Source: a bacterium
GTDB taxonomy: Bacteria; Ratteibacteria; UBA8468; B48-G9; DTJG01
Assembly: GCA_035392545.1 (NCBI GenBank)
Contig: DAONMJ010000001.1
Span: forward strand, 1 to 61,312
DNA length: 61,312 nt
Reading direction: 5' to 3'
The translations under genes were made by a program, and so were the position numbers. Positions 1-9,327 of the stretch are shown here, one piece after another. Position 1 is the stretch's first letter. Each line of letters begins with the position of its first letter. A model generated the notes under the pieces. It saw only the letters and a program-made list of their open reading frames with translations. It was not told where the DNA came from and ran no database searches.

Positions 1-53
1 ACCGACAACCTTCCGCGTGCAAGGCGGACGCTCTCCCATTGAGCTATACCCCC
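1..53 (-). tRNA. tRNA-Ala (anticodon UGC), 5' portion only; T-arm and 3' end lie beyond the left window edge
   Basis: The reverse complement of 1-53 reads GGGGGTATAGCTCAATGGGAGAGCGTCCGCCTTGCACGCGGAAGGTTGTCGGT. It has an acceptor-arm 5' half GGGGGTA (G at position 3, the Ala identity position), a GCTC/GAGC D-stem, a TCCGC/GCGGA anticodon stem, a 7-nt loop CTTGCAC (anticodon TGC), a variable loop AGGTT and the start of the T-stem GTCGG. Confidence 0.85.
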
Positions 54-60
54 TGAAAAT

Positions 61-89
61 ATTATAACTTATAATTTCTTTTCAGTAAA
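61..89 (-). promoter_or_regulatory. candidate sigma70-type promoter for tRNA-Ala
   Basis: On the minus strand, TTTACT (84-89) is followed by a 17-nt spacer and TATAAT (61-66). The -10 hexamer ends 7 nt before the mature tRNA 5' end at 53. The context is AT-rich, so chance matches are frequent. Confidence 0.35.
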
Positions 90-104
90 CAAAAGAAATT
101 TGAA

Positions 105-134
105 TTTACAAGTTTCATTGAAAATGATTATAAT
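105..134 (+). promoter_or_regulatory. candidate sigma70-type promoter for the 176-6793 glycan gene block
   Basis: TTTACA (105-110) is followed by an 18-nt spacer and TATAAT (129-134), 41 nt upstream of the ATG at 176. The AT-rich context lowers specificity. Confidence 0.25.
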
Positions 135-175
135 AACAAATATGCGAAAAACTGAAATAGTATAACTACATTCAT

Positions 176-1513
176 ATGAACATTTTTCTTATCAACTCTT
201 ATGACATATTCGGTGGTGCAGAAAAAATTGTATATGAACTTACTCATATTTACCATCAGATGAACCATCGTGTACGGCTGGTCGTGGCAGAGAAGTTTTC
301 TGAAAGTCCTCTCGTTATTGAAGTTCCAGATGACAAAACACCATCCATCAATTCAAGAATTTTCAAAAAAATCAATCAACGATATTCAAAACCAGACATC
401 TGGAAAAAAATTTTAGGACATCTTGAACAACCTGGTGGAATAAAGAGAATGTTCACAGGTAGAGAAAAATATGGTAATACAGGCATGGAAACTATAATTA
501 ATAAATCTGGTTTTGAACCTGATATTGTCCACTTTCACAATTTACGGAAAAATCCTTTTGGTCCCGTACTACTTCACTTCACAACAATGAAATTTCCAAT
601 TGTTATTACACTGCACGACCTCTGGTTTGTAACAGGGAAATGCATACAGCCAGGGAATTGCGATGAATGGCGGAATAAATGCAGAAATTGTCCGGAAGCA
701 TGGTTCCCATTCTTTCTAACAAGGCGAGGGATAGCAAAAAACTTCAGAGAGAAAATGCATTTAATGTCTCAATCAAAACCCTATATCTGCGCACCGTCAC
801 AATGGATTATGAATTATGTCAAAAATTCCTTTATCAGCGAAGTTGCCGCAGGATTGCAAGTAATCCCCAATGGGATTAATCTTTCAACGTTCACGCCTGG
901 CGACAAGTTTGCAGCGAGACAAAAACTTGCATTACCCGAAAACACCAGTATTGTTCTTACTGCCGGAAAAGAATTGAGAACAAACAAATATAAAAATTTT
1001 GGAACTTTTAGAAAAATTGCGATGATGATGGGAAAAATTTATACTCACAAACCATTACTGTTCCTCTGCCTTGGAGATTCGGGACATTCAGAATTTTATC
1101 ACAATGCAGAAATAAGATTCATACCTTTTGAGAACAACGAAATAATTGTTGCTGATTATTACAGGGCAGCAGATGTATATGTCAGCACTGCAACCTTTGA
1201 AACATGGGGACTCACAATTTCAGAAGCCATGGCATGCGGAACCCCAGTCGTTGCGTTTTCAAACGGCGGAGTAACAGAACAGATTACAGATGGCAAAACA
1301 GGATTTCTGGTTGACTCAAATGAACCAATAAAGATGGCAGAAATAATCACCACATTGCTTGAAAACGAACAACTACATAAAGCATTATCTGAAAACGCAG
1401 CAAATCACGCAAAAAATCATTTTGATATTAAGCACACTGCCATGCAATATCTTGAGGTGTACAACAATCTTATCGAAAAAACAAGAAATAAACATGATAA
1501 AAATAGGTATTGA
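176..1513 (+). CDS. glycosyltransferase, GT-B fold (GT4-like)
   Basis: 445-aa ORF. The C-terminal nucleotide-sugar binding region TWGLTISEAMACGTPVVAFSNGGVTEQITDGKTGFLV is typical of GT4/GT1 retaining glycosyltransferases. It is the first gene of a same-strand glycan block. Confidence 0.85.
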   Translation: MNIFLINSYDIFGGAEKIVYELTHIYHQMNHRVRLVVAEKFSESPLVIEVPDDKTPSINSRIFKKINQRYSKPDIWKKILGHLEQPGGIKRMFTGREKYGNTGMETIINKSGFEPDIVHFHNLRKNPFGPVLLHFTTMKFPIVITLHDLWFVTGKCIQPGNCDEWRNKCRNCPEAWFPFFLTRRGIAKNFREKMHLMSQSKPYICAPSQWIMNYVKNSFISEVAAGLQVIPNGINLSTFTPGDKFAARQKLALPENTSIVLTAGKELRTNKYKNFGTFRKIAMMMGKIYTHKPLLFLCLGDSGHSEFYHNAEIRFIPFENNEIIVADYYRAADVYVSTATFETWGLTISEAMACGTPVVAFSNGGVTEQITDGKTGFLVDSNEPIKMAEIITTLLENEQLHKALSENAANHAKNHFDIKHTAMQYLEVYNNLIEKTRNKHDKNRY

Positions 1514-2612
1514 AGCCCATGCAATTGGAATGAAACAGGGAGGAAATGAAAGATACATCGAAGGGCTCTTGAGAGGGCTTTCGAAATTAAATCCTCCGGA
1601 TTTACAATTTATTGTTTTCCTGAACCACATGGCTGAAATACCTTCATTTCTGAAAGGACATCCTTCTTTCTCATTTGAAAAGGTCTCCACATCTTCAATC
1701 AAAAGATTGATGCTTGACCTGCCATCAAAAATAAAAAGGACAAACATTGATGTCTTACATACCCAGTATCATATTCCACCTTTTGTCCAGATTCCATCGG
1801 TTATCACGTTACACGATGTTTCTTATCTCATTCATCCTGAATTTTTTCCTTTTTTTGAACGGATAAAAATGAAAACACTTATGCCGTCCTCAATAAGAAA
1901 GGCAAAAAAAATCATCACGGTTTCTCAGTTCTCAAAGAGAGAAATTTTAAAAAAATATGGTGATATTGATGAAAAAGTTTGTATAACTTATAATGGGGTT
2001 TCTGAAGAATTCAAACCTGTAAACGAAGAAAAGATACAACAAGTGCTTACAAAACATAAAATTTTCCGTCCTTATATCCTTAGCGTTTCAAATCTCCAAC
2101 CAAGAAAAAATCTTCAGGGTTTGATAAGTGCCTATTCCCTGATACTGAAAAAAAAAGAAGATTTTCCATGTTGTCTTGTTATTACAGGGAAAAAATTATG
2201 GTTATATGATGAAATTTTTTCTGCAGGGGAACCAACAATTAAAGAAAAAATTTTGTTTACAGATTATGTTGAAAACGACGACCTCATCGCTCTATACAGT
2301 GGTGCAGAAATGCTGGTTTATCCATCATTTTACGAGGGTTTTGGACTTCCTGTTCTGGAAGCAATGGCATGCGGTTGCCCGGTAATTGCATCTGCCAGTT
2401 CTTCTCTACCAGAAATAGTGGAAGAGGCAGGTATCCTGGTCGACCCATATAATAGCCAGGAGATATCGTCAGCAATATTAACATTGCATCAAAACGGCAA
2501 TCTCCAGAAAGAGTTAAAAGAAAAAGGGCTCAAACAGGCAAAAAAATTTTCGTGGATGGAATGCGCGAAAAAAACAGTTGAAGTATACAGAAATCTTGTT
2601 TCCCTGTTATAA
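1494..2612 (+). CDS. glycosyltransferase, GT4 family
   Basis: The ORF track starts at 1359, but the first 45 residues overlap the upstream gene and are not protein-like. From ATG 1494 the product begins MIKIGIEAHAIGMKQGGNERY and carries PSFYEGFGLPVLEAMACGCPVIASASSSLPEIVEEAGILVDP. Confidence 0.85.
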   Translation: MIKIGIEAHAIGMKQGGNERYIEGLLRGLSKLNPPDLQFIVFLNHMAEIPSFLKGHPSFSFEKVSTSSIKRLMLDLPSKIKRTNIDVLHTQYHIPPFVQIPSVITLHDVSYLIHPEFFPFFERIKMKTLMPSSIRKAKKIITVSQFSKREILKKYGDIDEKVCITYNGVSEEFKPVNEEKIQQVLTKHKIFRPYILSVSNLQPRKNLQGLISAYSLILKKKEDFPCCLVITGKKLWLYDEIFSAGEPTIKEKILFTDYVENDDLIALYSGAEMLVYPSFYEGFGLPVLEAMACGCPVIASASSSLPEIVEEAGILVDPYNSQEISSAILTLHQNGNLQKELKEKGLKQAKKFSWMECAKKTVEVYRNLVSLL

Positions 2613-3721
2613 TGATAAACATGAAAATCGCTATACTTGGAATAAGAGGAATACCAGCCAGATACGGTGGCTTTGAAACCTGCGCTGAAAAGATTGCAGA
2701 GTATCTCGGTAAAAAAGGACACAAAATTTTTGTACCCTGTCGAAAATATCTTTACCCTGACAAGCCTTTGCCTGGCGACAATATACAGGTTTGTTTTCCC
2801 TTTTGTATCAGGGGCAAAATCACAGAAACGTTTTCTCATACTTTTTTCAGCATGTTGAAAACAATTATATGGTCTCCAGATGTAATACTTCTATTTAACG
2901 CAGCCAATAGTCCCTTGGCAATTTTTGGGAAAATTTATGGAAAAAAATTTGTCATCAACGTTGATGGATTTGAATGGAAGAGGCAAAAATGGGGATTTTG
3001 CGGAAAGACCTATTTTAAGTTTGCTTCCTGTTTTTCTACTTTCATTGCTGATTCAATCGTCGCTGACTCCCACAAGATCGCAGAATATTATGATTCCCGA
3101 TTTCACAAGAAAAGTGTCTATATACCATATGGTGCTGACATCTTTTATTCTAAGTCGCCAGAAATTATTAAATCAATGGGATTGCAGCCAAAAACATATT
3201 TTTTTAATGGCAGCCGGCTTGAGCCAGAAAATAATCAGGAATTGATGATAAAAGAATTTCAATTAGCAAATATTAACAATGTTCTGGCTATCTCCGGCGA
3301 TATCAGAAAGAAAAATTCTTATGTAAAAAACATTCTTAATATTGCTTCCCAGCAGATAAAATTTACCGGGCCCGTATATGAAAAAAAGGCATATCTTGAG
3401 TTACAGGCAAATTCACTCGCATATATCCATGGAAATGAAGTTGGTGGAACCAATCCTGCGCTCCTATCTGCCATGGGTTGCGGAGCACTGATTCTCGCGC
3501 TTGACGTACCATTCAACAGGGAAGTCCTTGGTGATTGCGGACTTTATTTCACAAAAAAATCTGGCTCCCTGGCAAATTTGATAAAACAAATGGTTGAAAG
3601 TCCAGAAAAATTTTCATCCCTTGGAGACAAAGCACGGGAAAGAGTAAAACAATTCTACAGATGGGATGATGTAATTCAGAAATATGAACAGTTATTAATC
3701 TCTGTGGAAAACAATGGATAA
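2612..3721 (+). CDS. glycosyltransferase with DUF1972-type N-terminal domain
   Basis: The N-terminus (MIN)MKIAILGIRGIPARYGGFETCAEKIAEYLGKKGH matches the DUF1972 N-domain seen on GT4-like enzymes. The C-terminal part has GGTNPALLSAMGCGALILALDVPFNREVLG. The start TAATG overlaps the upstream stop; an alternative ATG lies at 2621. Confidence 0.8.
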   Translation: MINMKIAILGIRGIPARYGGFETCAEKIAEYLGKKGHKIFVPCRKYLYPDKPLPGDNIQVCFPFCIRGKITETFSHTFFSMLKTIIWSPDVILLFNAANSPLAIFGKIYGKKFVINVDGFEWKRQKWGFCGKTYFKFASCFSTFIADSIVADSHKIAEYYDSRFHKKSVYIPYGADIFYSKSPEIIKSMGLQPKTYFFNGSRLEPENNQELMIKEFQLANINNVLAISGDIRKKNSYVKNILNIASQQIKFTGPVYEKKAYLELQANSLAYIHGNEVGGTNPALLSAMGCGALILALDVPFNREVLGDCGLYFTKKSGSLANLIKQMVESPEKFSSLGDKARERVKQFYRWDDVIQKYEQLLISVENNG

Positions 3722-5006
3722 AAAAATTTTAATTTTTCTCGACTTCATTATTATATTAATAAGCATGTTACTTGGATATGCAATAAGATTTTCATGGCAT
3801 ATTTTTCCAGATAAAGGGATCGCTCCCCTTAAACCATATATTCACATATCCATTTTTGCAGCGTTGATCTGGATTGTTATGCTCAATGTCAACAGAATTT
3901 ATAAAGAGCACAAATTTATCAATTTATGTTTTGAGCTGAGTAAGATTATTCAAAGCAGTTTTTACTCTGCCATTATTATCAGTGCACTCACATTTTTTTA
4001 TAGAGGATTTTATTATTCACGGATTGCAATCATACTCGGTATCCTTATCTCGTTTTTTATTCTATCCCTGGTACATCTCATCATAAATGTAACCCTGGCA
4101 AAAGAAGATTTCACCTTCTATCTCGTTGGAGATAACAGAGACATGACTCCAATTGTAAAGAGGTTAAAACTTCACGGTATTCCAGAAAATAGAATTATAT
4201 TCCAGCATGTTGAACAACTGCAATTTTCTGTACAAAATTCGGACAGACCGGACAATATTCGTGTCATCATTTGCCTTGAAGATTTTCAAAAAATTCAACA
4301 GATAGCACGTATATGCAGCAATTCAGGCATTCAATATTATGTTTATCCCAGAACATCAAGAGTTTTTCTCAGCGGCGGAAGGGTGGAGGAAATATATGGA
4401 ATCCCTGTTATCACAACTGATATTTTGCCACTTGAGATCTGGCATAATAAGGTTATAAAAAGATTTTTTGATATTCTTTTTAGCATGGCATTTCTGACAA
4501 TAAGCATGCCCTTTCTTTTTTTAATCGCAACTATTATTAAATTCAGTTCTGATGGACCGGTTTTTTTCATTCAGGAAAGAACAGGATACAGAAATAAAAA
4601 ATTCAAAATTTTCAAATTCAGAACAATGGTGAAGGGTGCAGAAAATATCCTTCCATATACTCTTGAAAAGGATTCGAGAATCACAAAAATTGGCACATGG
4701 CTGAGAAAATCTAACATCGATGAACTTCCACAATTATTTAATGTACTCAAATCAGATATGAGTATTGTAGGACCCAGACCATTATCAACAGAAGACAGAT
4801 TGTTTTTTTCGATTCCTGGATTTTACGAACGGATGAAAATTCTACCTGGCATCACAGGATGGGCTCAGATTCATGGGCTGAAAGGAGGTCAGGTAGAACC
4901 CGAAGAAAGGTTCAGATATGATCTGTATTATGCGGAAAACTGGAGTATATGGCTCGATTTTGCTATAATAATATTCACTGGATTTTTGTTTTTCAGGGAC
5001 AAATAA
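3714..5006 (+). CDS. initiating undecaprenyl-phosphate sugar phosphotransferase (WbaP/WcaJ-like bacterial sugar transferase)
   Basis: The N-terminal part has multiple TM segments. It is followed by a bacterial sugar-transferase domain: KRFFDILFSMAFLTISMPFLFLIA, FKIFKFRTM, DELPQLFNVLKSDMSIVGPRP and RFRYDLYYAENWSIWLD. Confidence 0.85.
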   Translation: MDKKILIFLDFIIILISMLLGYAIRFSWHIFPDKGIAPLKPYIHISIFAALIWIVMLNVNRIYKEHKFINLCFELSKIIQSSFYSAIIISALTFFYRGFYYSRIAIILGILISFFILSLVHLIINVTLAKEDFTFYLVGDNRDMTPIVKRLKLHGIPENRIIFQHVEQLQFSVQNSDRPDNIRVIICLEDFQKIQQIARICSNSGIQYYVYPRTSRVFLSGGRVEEIYGIPVITTDILPLEIWHNKVIKRFFDILFSMAFLTISMPFLFLIATIIKFSSDGPVFFIQERTGYRNKKFKIFKFRTMVKGAENILPYTLEKDSRITKIGTWLRKSNIDELPQLFNVLKSDMSIVGPRPLSTEDRLFFSIPGFYERMKILPGITGWAQIHGLKGGQVEPEERFRYDLYYAENWSIWLDFAIIIFTGFLFFRDK

Positions 5007-5020
5007 CATAAAAGGGCACA

Positions 5021-6793
5021 ATGTCAAAAAAGAAAAAAGAACAGGAAAACATCAGCCAGATGTTAAAAAAAGATGAAGAAACGATAGGGTTTAGAACATT
5101 GGTTACTATTGTTTCTATATTATTTTTTGGAATTGCACCGCTTTTAAATTTTAAACCTGCCTACGATTATACCATAATAAAAGATATCCTTGGCGCGTTG
5201 TCGGTGGCAATTTTCGCTGCGGCGCTTTTTTTAAGAAAAGAAACGATTTCTATCCATTTTACAGGTTTTCTTGCTGGTACATTATTTTTTGCGTTTATTC
5301 TTATGGGATGCTTTTATGCACCTGTAAAATATGGAGCAGCCCAGGCACTTGAAAATTATCTTCTGTACTACCTGTTGTTCATAATGGGTATGTTATGGAA
5401 ATGGGAAAAAAAAGACGCCTTCATATGGGCTTCAGCAATGGTAATCGCCTCAATCACTGCTTTTGTTCAGTATCCAAAAACACATTATCCCATCTCAACT
5501 TTTGGGAATCCGAATTTTTTTGCAGGGCATTTATTGATGCCTGTGTTCCTCACCCTTTATTTTTTCAAAAAGAAACTCAATACCATAGCAGCCATTTATT
5601 TCATCATAACGCTTGCCGCCCTGATTCTTACAAAATCAAGAGCATCTCTTTTTGCCCTTGCCACAGCTTGTTCTTTTACCTCATTTTTTCTTTTAAGAAA
5701 TCATAAAATTCCCTGGCTGAAATACATTGGTTTTGTTATTATTGTTTTTGGAACAGCCATTATGTGGCATAAAATACAGACTCAATTTGTACAGGATATC
5801 AGGTATTACATATGGAAAGGTACATGGAATCTAATCAAAGCGAAAATCGTGACAGGTTGGGGGACAGGTAATTTCATATTTTATTATCCTTATTTCCGTT
5901 TCAGAGAATATTTTCTCAGACCACAGGCGACTCCAATAACCAATCATCCACATTGCCAGTATCTCGAAATATGGTCGGAAAATGGCATTATCGGACTTGT
6001 ATTTTTCTTTATTATAATAGTAGTTGCAATTTACAACGGACTGAAAACAAAAGATGAAGAATCAAATAATACTTTTCTTTTTGCCTCATCTGGAATAATC
6101 GCTGTACTTGTTGACAATATCCTTTCCACCAACCTCACAAACACTTCTACCGCAATGTATTTCTGGTTCCTTCTCGGATTGTGTTTCAGTTTAAAAAAAA
6201 CCACCACCATTCAAATATCTGGCTTCTTGAAAAAAACCACTGCTGCAATAGTAATGATTGCCATGATTACCCTGGCAGGGTGGAAAACCTTTTATCGGCT
6301 CGTTCCTGAGGTTTATTTAAAAAAAGCAATAGCAGCAAGAGAAGCGAACAATTTTATTACAGCAATTGAAAATTATAAAAAAGTGTGTAAAATAAATCCT
6401 TACAATGCGGTAGCTTTGTATAAAATGGCTTATGCATATGGACAAATTGGCGATATAAAAAATGCAGAAGAAGTTTATTTAACAATCAATAATAATATTT
6501 TTCCGCATTTCGCAAAAACAGATGCCAATCTTGGTACACTTTATATGCAAACACAGAATTTTAAAAGGGCAAAGGTCTATTATGAAATGGCGTTAGGGTT
6601 TAATCCATATGATGTGGATGTATTGCTTGGACTCGCTTCCATTAAAATATTTCAAGAAAAAGATATTAAGGGAGCCAAGGAATACCTGGAAAAAGTTATG
6701 TCGATAAATCCAAAACATGAGTATGTGCAATACCTGTTGAAAAGCATACCTGAATTGAAAAATATAGTAACAAACGAAACTAAAAACAGATAA
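5021..6793 (+). CDS. O-antigen ligase/polymerase-like (Wzy_C) polytopic membrane protein fused to C-terminal TPR repeats
   Basis: The first ~400 aa are hydrophobic and contain LTKSRASLFALATA and HPHCQYLEIWSENGIIGL. The last ~170 aa form TPR-like repeats (AIENYKKVCKINPYNAVALYKMAYAYGQIGD, AKVYYEMALGFNPYD). Confidence 0.75.
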   Translation: MSKKKKEQENISQMLKKDEETIGFRTLVTIVSILFFGIAPLLNFKPAYDYTIIKDILGALSVAIFAAALFLRKETISIHFTGFLAGTLFFAFILMGCFYAPVKYGAAQALENYLLYYLLFIMGMLWKWEKKDAFIWASAMVIASITAFVQYPKTHYPISTFGNPNFFAGHLLMPVFLTLYFFKKKLNTIAAIYFIITLAALILTKSRASLFALATACSFTSFFLLRNHKIPWLKYIGFVIIVFGTAIMWHKIQTQFVQDIRYYIWKGTWNLIKAKIVTGWGTGNFIFYYPYFRFREYFLRPQATPITNHPHCQYLEIWSENGIIGLVFFFIIIVVAIYNGLKTKDEESNNTFLFASSGIIAVLVDNILSTNLTNTSTAMYFWFLLGLCFSLKKTTTIQISGFLKKTTAAIVMIAMITLAGWKTFYRLVPEVYLKKAIAAREANNFITAIENYKKVCKINPYNAVALYKMAYAYGQIGDIKNAEEVYLTINNNIFPHFAKTDANLGTLYMQTQNFKRAKVYYEMALGFNPYDVDVLLGLASIKIFQEKDIKGAKEYLEKVMSINPKHEYVQYLLKSIPELKNIVTNETKNR

Positions 6794-6805
6794 AAAGGAG
6801 TAGAA

Positions 6806-7003
6806 ATGAAGTGCGAAATATGTGGCAAAGGGCAAAAAACAGGCAATAATGTCAGTCATTCAAATGTTAAAACAAGAAGAACATGGAAACCCAATGTGCA
6901 GAAATTGCTTGTTGAATACCAGGGGAAAACAAGACGATTGGCTATATGTACACAGTGTCTGAAATCAGGAAAAGTGAAAAGGCCTCAAAAGGTCGTTGAA
7001 TAA
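6806..7003 (+). CDS. rpmB: 50S ribosomal protein L28
   Basis: The 65-aa product MKCEICGKGQKTGNNVSHSNVKTRRTWKPNVQK...CTQCLKSGKV fits the L28 pattern. A strong RBS AAAGGAG lies upstream. Confidence 0.9.
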   Translation: MKCEICGKGQKTGNNVSHSNVKTRRTWKPNVQKLLVEYQGKTRRLAICTQCLKSGKVKRPQKVVE

Positions 7004-8601
7004 TTTTTTACATCCAGCCAGGGAATATAAAGTCCTTCTGATTTTCTCAAATGTGGCACATATGTGATTGAAATAGGACCTCCTGGCATCTTGAAACCTT
7101 TTGAAAAATGCACTTCAAACATTTTATTACCTTGTTTAACCCATGCAATTGTCTTTTTACCTTTGCATCCGGTAATTTTCAAACATTCAACGGGATTCGA
7201 AATAAAAAGTACCGGCGGGTTTCCAGGTCCAAATGGTTTTAATTGTTGAATATTCTCAAACACAGGAATCGTCAACGCTTCAAAATCTGCTTCTAAAGGT
7301 TTCACAGATTGTTTTGAAGAAATACTACAAAGCCTTAACTGTTTCCATGCATGTTTAAGTTCATTTAGAAAATCAATTTTCATTTTGAAACCAACCGCGT
7401 TTTTGTGACCACCAAAGGAAATAAAATAGTTCTTGAAATTATTAAAAAGTTCATAAAGGTCTGCTCTATCGTAACTGCGGGCTGAACCCTGAAGAAAATC
7501 TCCATTTTTGATCGCCACAAGGGCAGGGAGTTGAAATTTTTCACTTGTCCTCGCGGCAAATGTGCCAGAAAAAGACGCCGGTATGTTTTCAAATAACAGA
7601 AACAACGGACATTCAGGATTTTTCAATTTTTCTATGGAACACGAAAATCTCCTGAGAATTTTCTGTTTTTCTTTCTCAAAAAATTCTATTTCTTCAAAAA
7701 CGTTTTGAATTTCTTCTTCTTTGTTTGCTGTCAAAACTTTCAAAGTGAGTTCAGGTCTTCCAAAACGACCAGGCGTATTCAACTTTGGGTTCAGGTAATG
7801 CGTTATAGATTCAACATCACTGTTCTTTCCGGGTACATAAAAAAATTCCCTGAATGTTTCAATACCAGGAATACTCGTATTCTCAAGCCCGTTCAAACCA
7901 ATTTTCACTATTACACGATTTTCTCCGGTTAAAAACCCATAGTCACTGAGAGTCCCGATTGTCGCAAGTTCAATACTCGACGCAAAAATTTCATCAGGGA
8001 AAAAAGGGGAAAAACTCTTGAGAGCCTGAATCACTTTGAAAGAAAGCCCCGAAGCGGTCAACACATCAAAATCAGAATCCTCTCTACCGAGTGACGGATT
8101 GATAATAACCACATGTTTCAGGTTTTTTAACATCTCTCCTTTATGATGGTCAATGATAATAAGTGGAAAACCTAATTGTTCACAGTATTCAATAAGTTCA
8201 TTTGAAGTCGTACCTGTATCAATCGTAATCAATAACTCGTAACCAAGATTTCTTATCCTATTTATGAAATCCGGCTCAATTTCATAATCCTCAAGTCTGT
8301 GAGTAAGTTTGATGTCAAAAGGAATTTTCATCTTCCTGAACAGGTTTACAAACATAGCAGCACCAGCAATTCCATCAACATCACCGTCTGCATATAAAAA
8401 AATATTTTTCTTTGAATAAATTGCTTGTTCAAGAATTTTACAACCTTTTTCCATATCGCTGATTGAAAATGGATCTGAAAGAGAAGAAACAGAAGGATCC
8501 AAAAATTCCTGTATTTGTTTCCGGGTTTTTATTCCCCTTTGATGCAAAACGCTGAGAATAATAGGTGGCAAATTTCTAACCATCGTATCATTGTTATTCA
8601 T
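6985..8601 (-). CDS. recJ: single-stranded-DNA-specific exonuclease RecJ
   Basis: DHH family motifs are present (LYADGDVDGIAGAAM, ITIDTGT, IIIDHHK) along with the DHHA1 motif GGHKNAVGF. The product is 538 aa. Confidence 0.85.
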   Translation of the reverse strand: MNNNDTMVRNLPPIILSVLHQRGIKTRKQIQEFLDPSVSSLSDPFSISDMEKGCKILEQAIYSKKNIFLYADGDVDGIAGAAMFVNLFRKMKIPFDIKLTHRLEDYEIEPDFINRIRNLGYELLITIDTGTTSNELIEYCEQLGFPLIIIDHHKGEMLKNLKHVVIINPSLGREDSDFDVLTASGLSFKVIQALKSFSPFFPDEIFASSIELATIGTLSDYGFLTGENRVIVKIGLNGLENTSIPGIETFREFFYVPGKNSDVESITHYLNPKLNTPGRFGRPELTLKVLTANKEEEIQNVFEEIEFFEKEKQKILRRFSCSIEKLKNPECPLFLLFENIPASFSGTFAARTSEKFQLPALVAIKNGDFLQGSARSYDRADLYELFNNFKNYFISFGGHKNAVGFKMKIDFLNELKHAWKQLRLCSISSKQSVKPLEADFEALTIPVFENIQQLKPFGPGNPPVLFISNPVECLKITGCKGKKTIAWVKQGNKMFEVHFSKGFKMPGGPISITYVPHLRKSEGLYIPWLDVKNYSTTF

Positions 8602-8842
8602 TTTCCATCATTTTCTTAATTTCATCTATAGAAAGATCCGATGGCCTAATACCCTCAAACTTATTTTCGCCAATGACCAGCGCTGGTATCTTTGTAAGCC
8701 CCATCAGTGTAAATTCCGTCAGGTTATCAGGATTTTCTGTATCAAGATATGTAAAGGGAATATTGAAATTCTCAAGTTTTTTTTTCCACCCCTGGCATAA
8801 ACCACAATCCTGTTTCCCAAAAAGTAAAATATTCTTGCTCAT
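8594..8842 (-). CDS. glutaredoxin/thioredoxin-fold protein (CxxC)
   Basis: MSKNILLFGKQDCGLCQGWKKKL carries a CGLC redox motif in a small ~80-aa thioredoxin-fold-sized protein. ATG 8842 is preferred over the track start at 8860 (TTG), because GGAGG sits 5 nt upstream of 8842. Confidence 0.6.
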   Translation of the reverse strand: MSKNILLFGKQDCGLCQGWKKKLENFNIPFTYLDTENPDNLTEFTLMGLTKIPALVIGENKFEGIRPSDLSIDEIKKMMENE

Positions 8843-8856
8843 ATCAACCTCCGAAT

Positions 8857-9327
8857 TCAATGTTTACTCACATCTTTTCCGATATACCTTATCACAATAG
8901 ACGCTTCTTCAAGCATAATCTTCGCAAGTTTATCAGGATATCCTTCAAAAATTACTACTTCCTTTATACCCGCATTGATAATCATTTTTGCACATACCGA
9001 ACATGGGTGACAGGTAATATAAAGCACACTGCCTTTTATGCTTACCCCGTGATACGCTGCCTGAATAATTGCGTTCTGTTCGGCATGAAGCCCTCTGCAC
9101 AATTCGTGACGCTCTCCTGATGGGATACCCAGTTCTTCCCTGAGGCAACCCGCCTTCTCACAGTGAGTCACACCAGAAGGCGCACCATTGTACCCGGTGG
9201 CAAGAATTCTTTTTTCCTTAACCAGGACCGCGCCAACTTTTCGCCTGAGACAGGTTGACCTTTCGCTCACCAGGTGCGCAATTTTCATAAAATACTCATC
9301 CCAGCCGGGCCTTGGTTTGTTTTTCAT
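8857..9327 (-). CDS. comEB: deoxycytidylate (dCMP) deaminase, ComEB-type
   Basis: The CMP/dCMP deaminase zinc site is present: HAEQNAI ... PCSVCAKMI. The N-terminus [18 protein letters not shown] is typical of dCMP deaminases. Confidence 0.85.
   Translation of the reverse strand: MKNKPRPGWDEYFMKIAHLVSERSTCLRRKVGAVLVKEKRILATGYNGAPSGVTHCEKAGCLREELGIPSGERHELCRGLHAEQNAIIQAAYHGVSIKGSVLYITCHPCSVCAKMIINAGIKEVVIFEGYPDKLAKIMLEEASIVIRYIGKDVSKH

Noticed and set aside
1-53. tRNA-Ala(UGC) as part of a 16S-tRNA-Ile-tRNA-Ala-23S rRNA operon spacer
   Set aside because: On its strand, the sequence upstream of the tRNA (54-175) is a short AT-rich gap followed by a divergent glycosyltransferase gene. There is no tRNA-Ile or 16S 3' end, so the tRNA looks free-standing. 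What lies downstream is off-window.
1359-1493. N-terminal extension of the second glycosyltransferase suggested by the ORF track
   Set aside because: The extension overlaps the end of the upstream gene by 155 nt and reads as non-protein-like sequence. The conserved GT4 N-terminus begins at ATG 1494.
2148-2156. A9 and A8/T8 homopolymers inside other glycosyltransferase genes (2148-2156, 1904-1911, 60623-60630, 60733-60740), considered as additional phase-variation switches
   Set aside because: All of these genes are in frame and intact. Such runs mostly encode Lys/Phe stretches and are frequent throughout housekeeping genes here, so they are not evidence of contingency loci by themselves.
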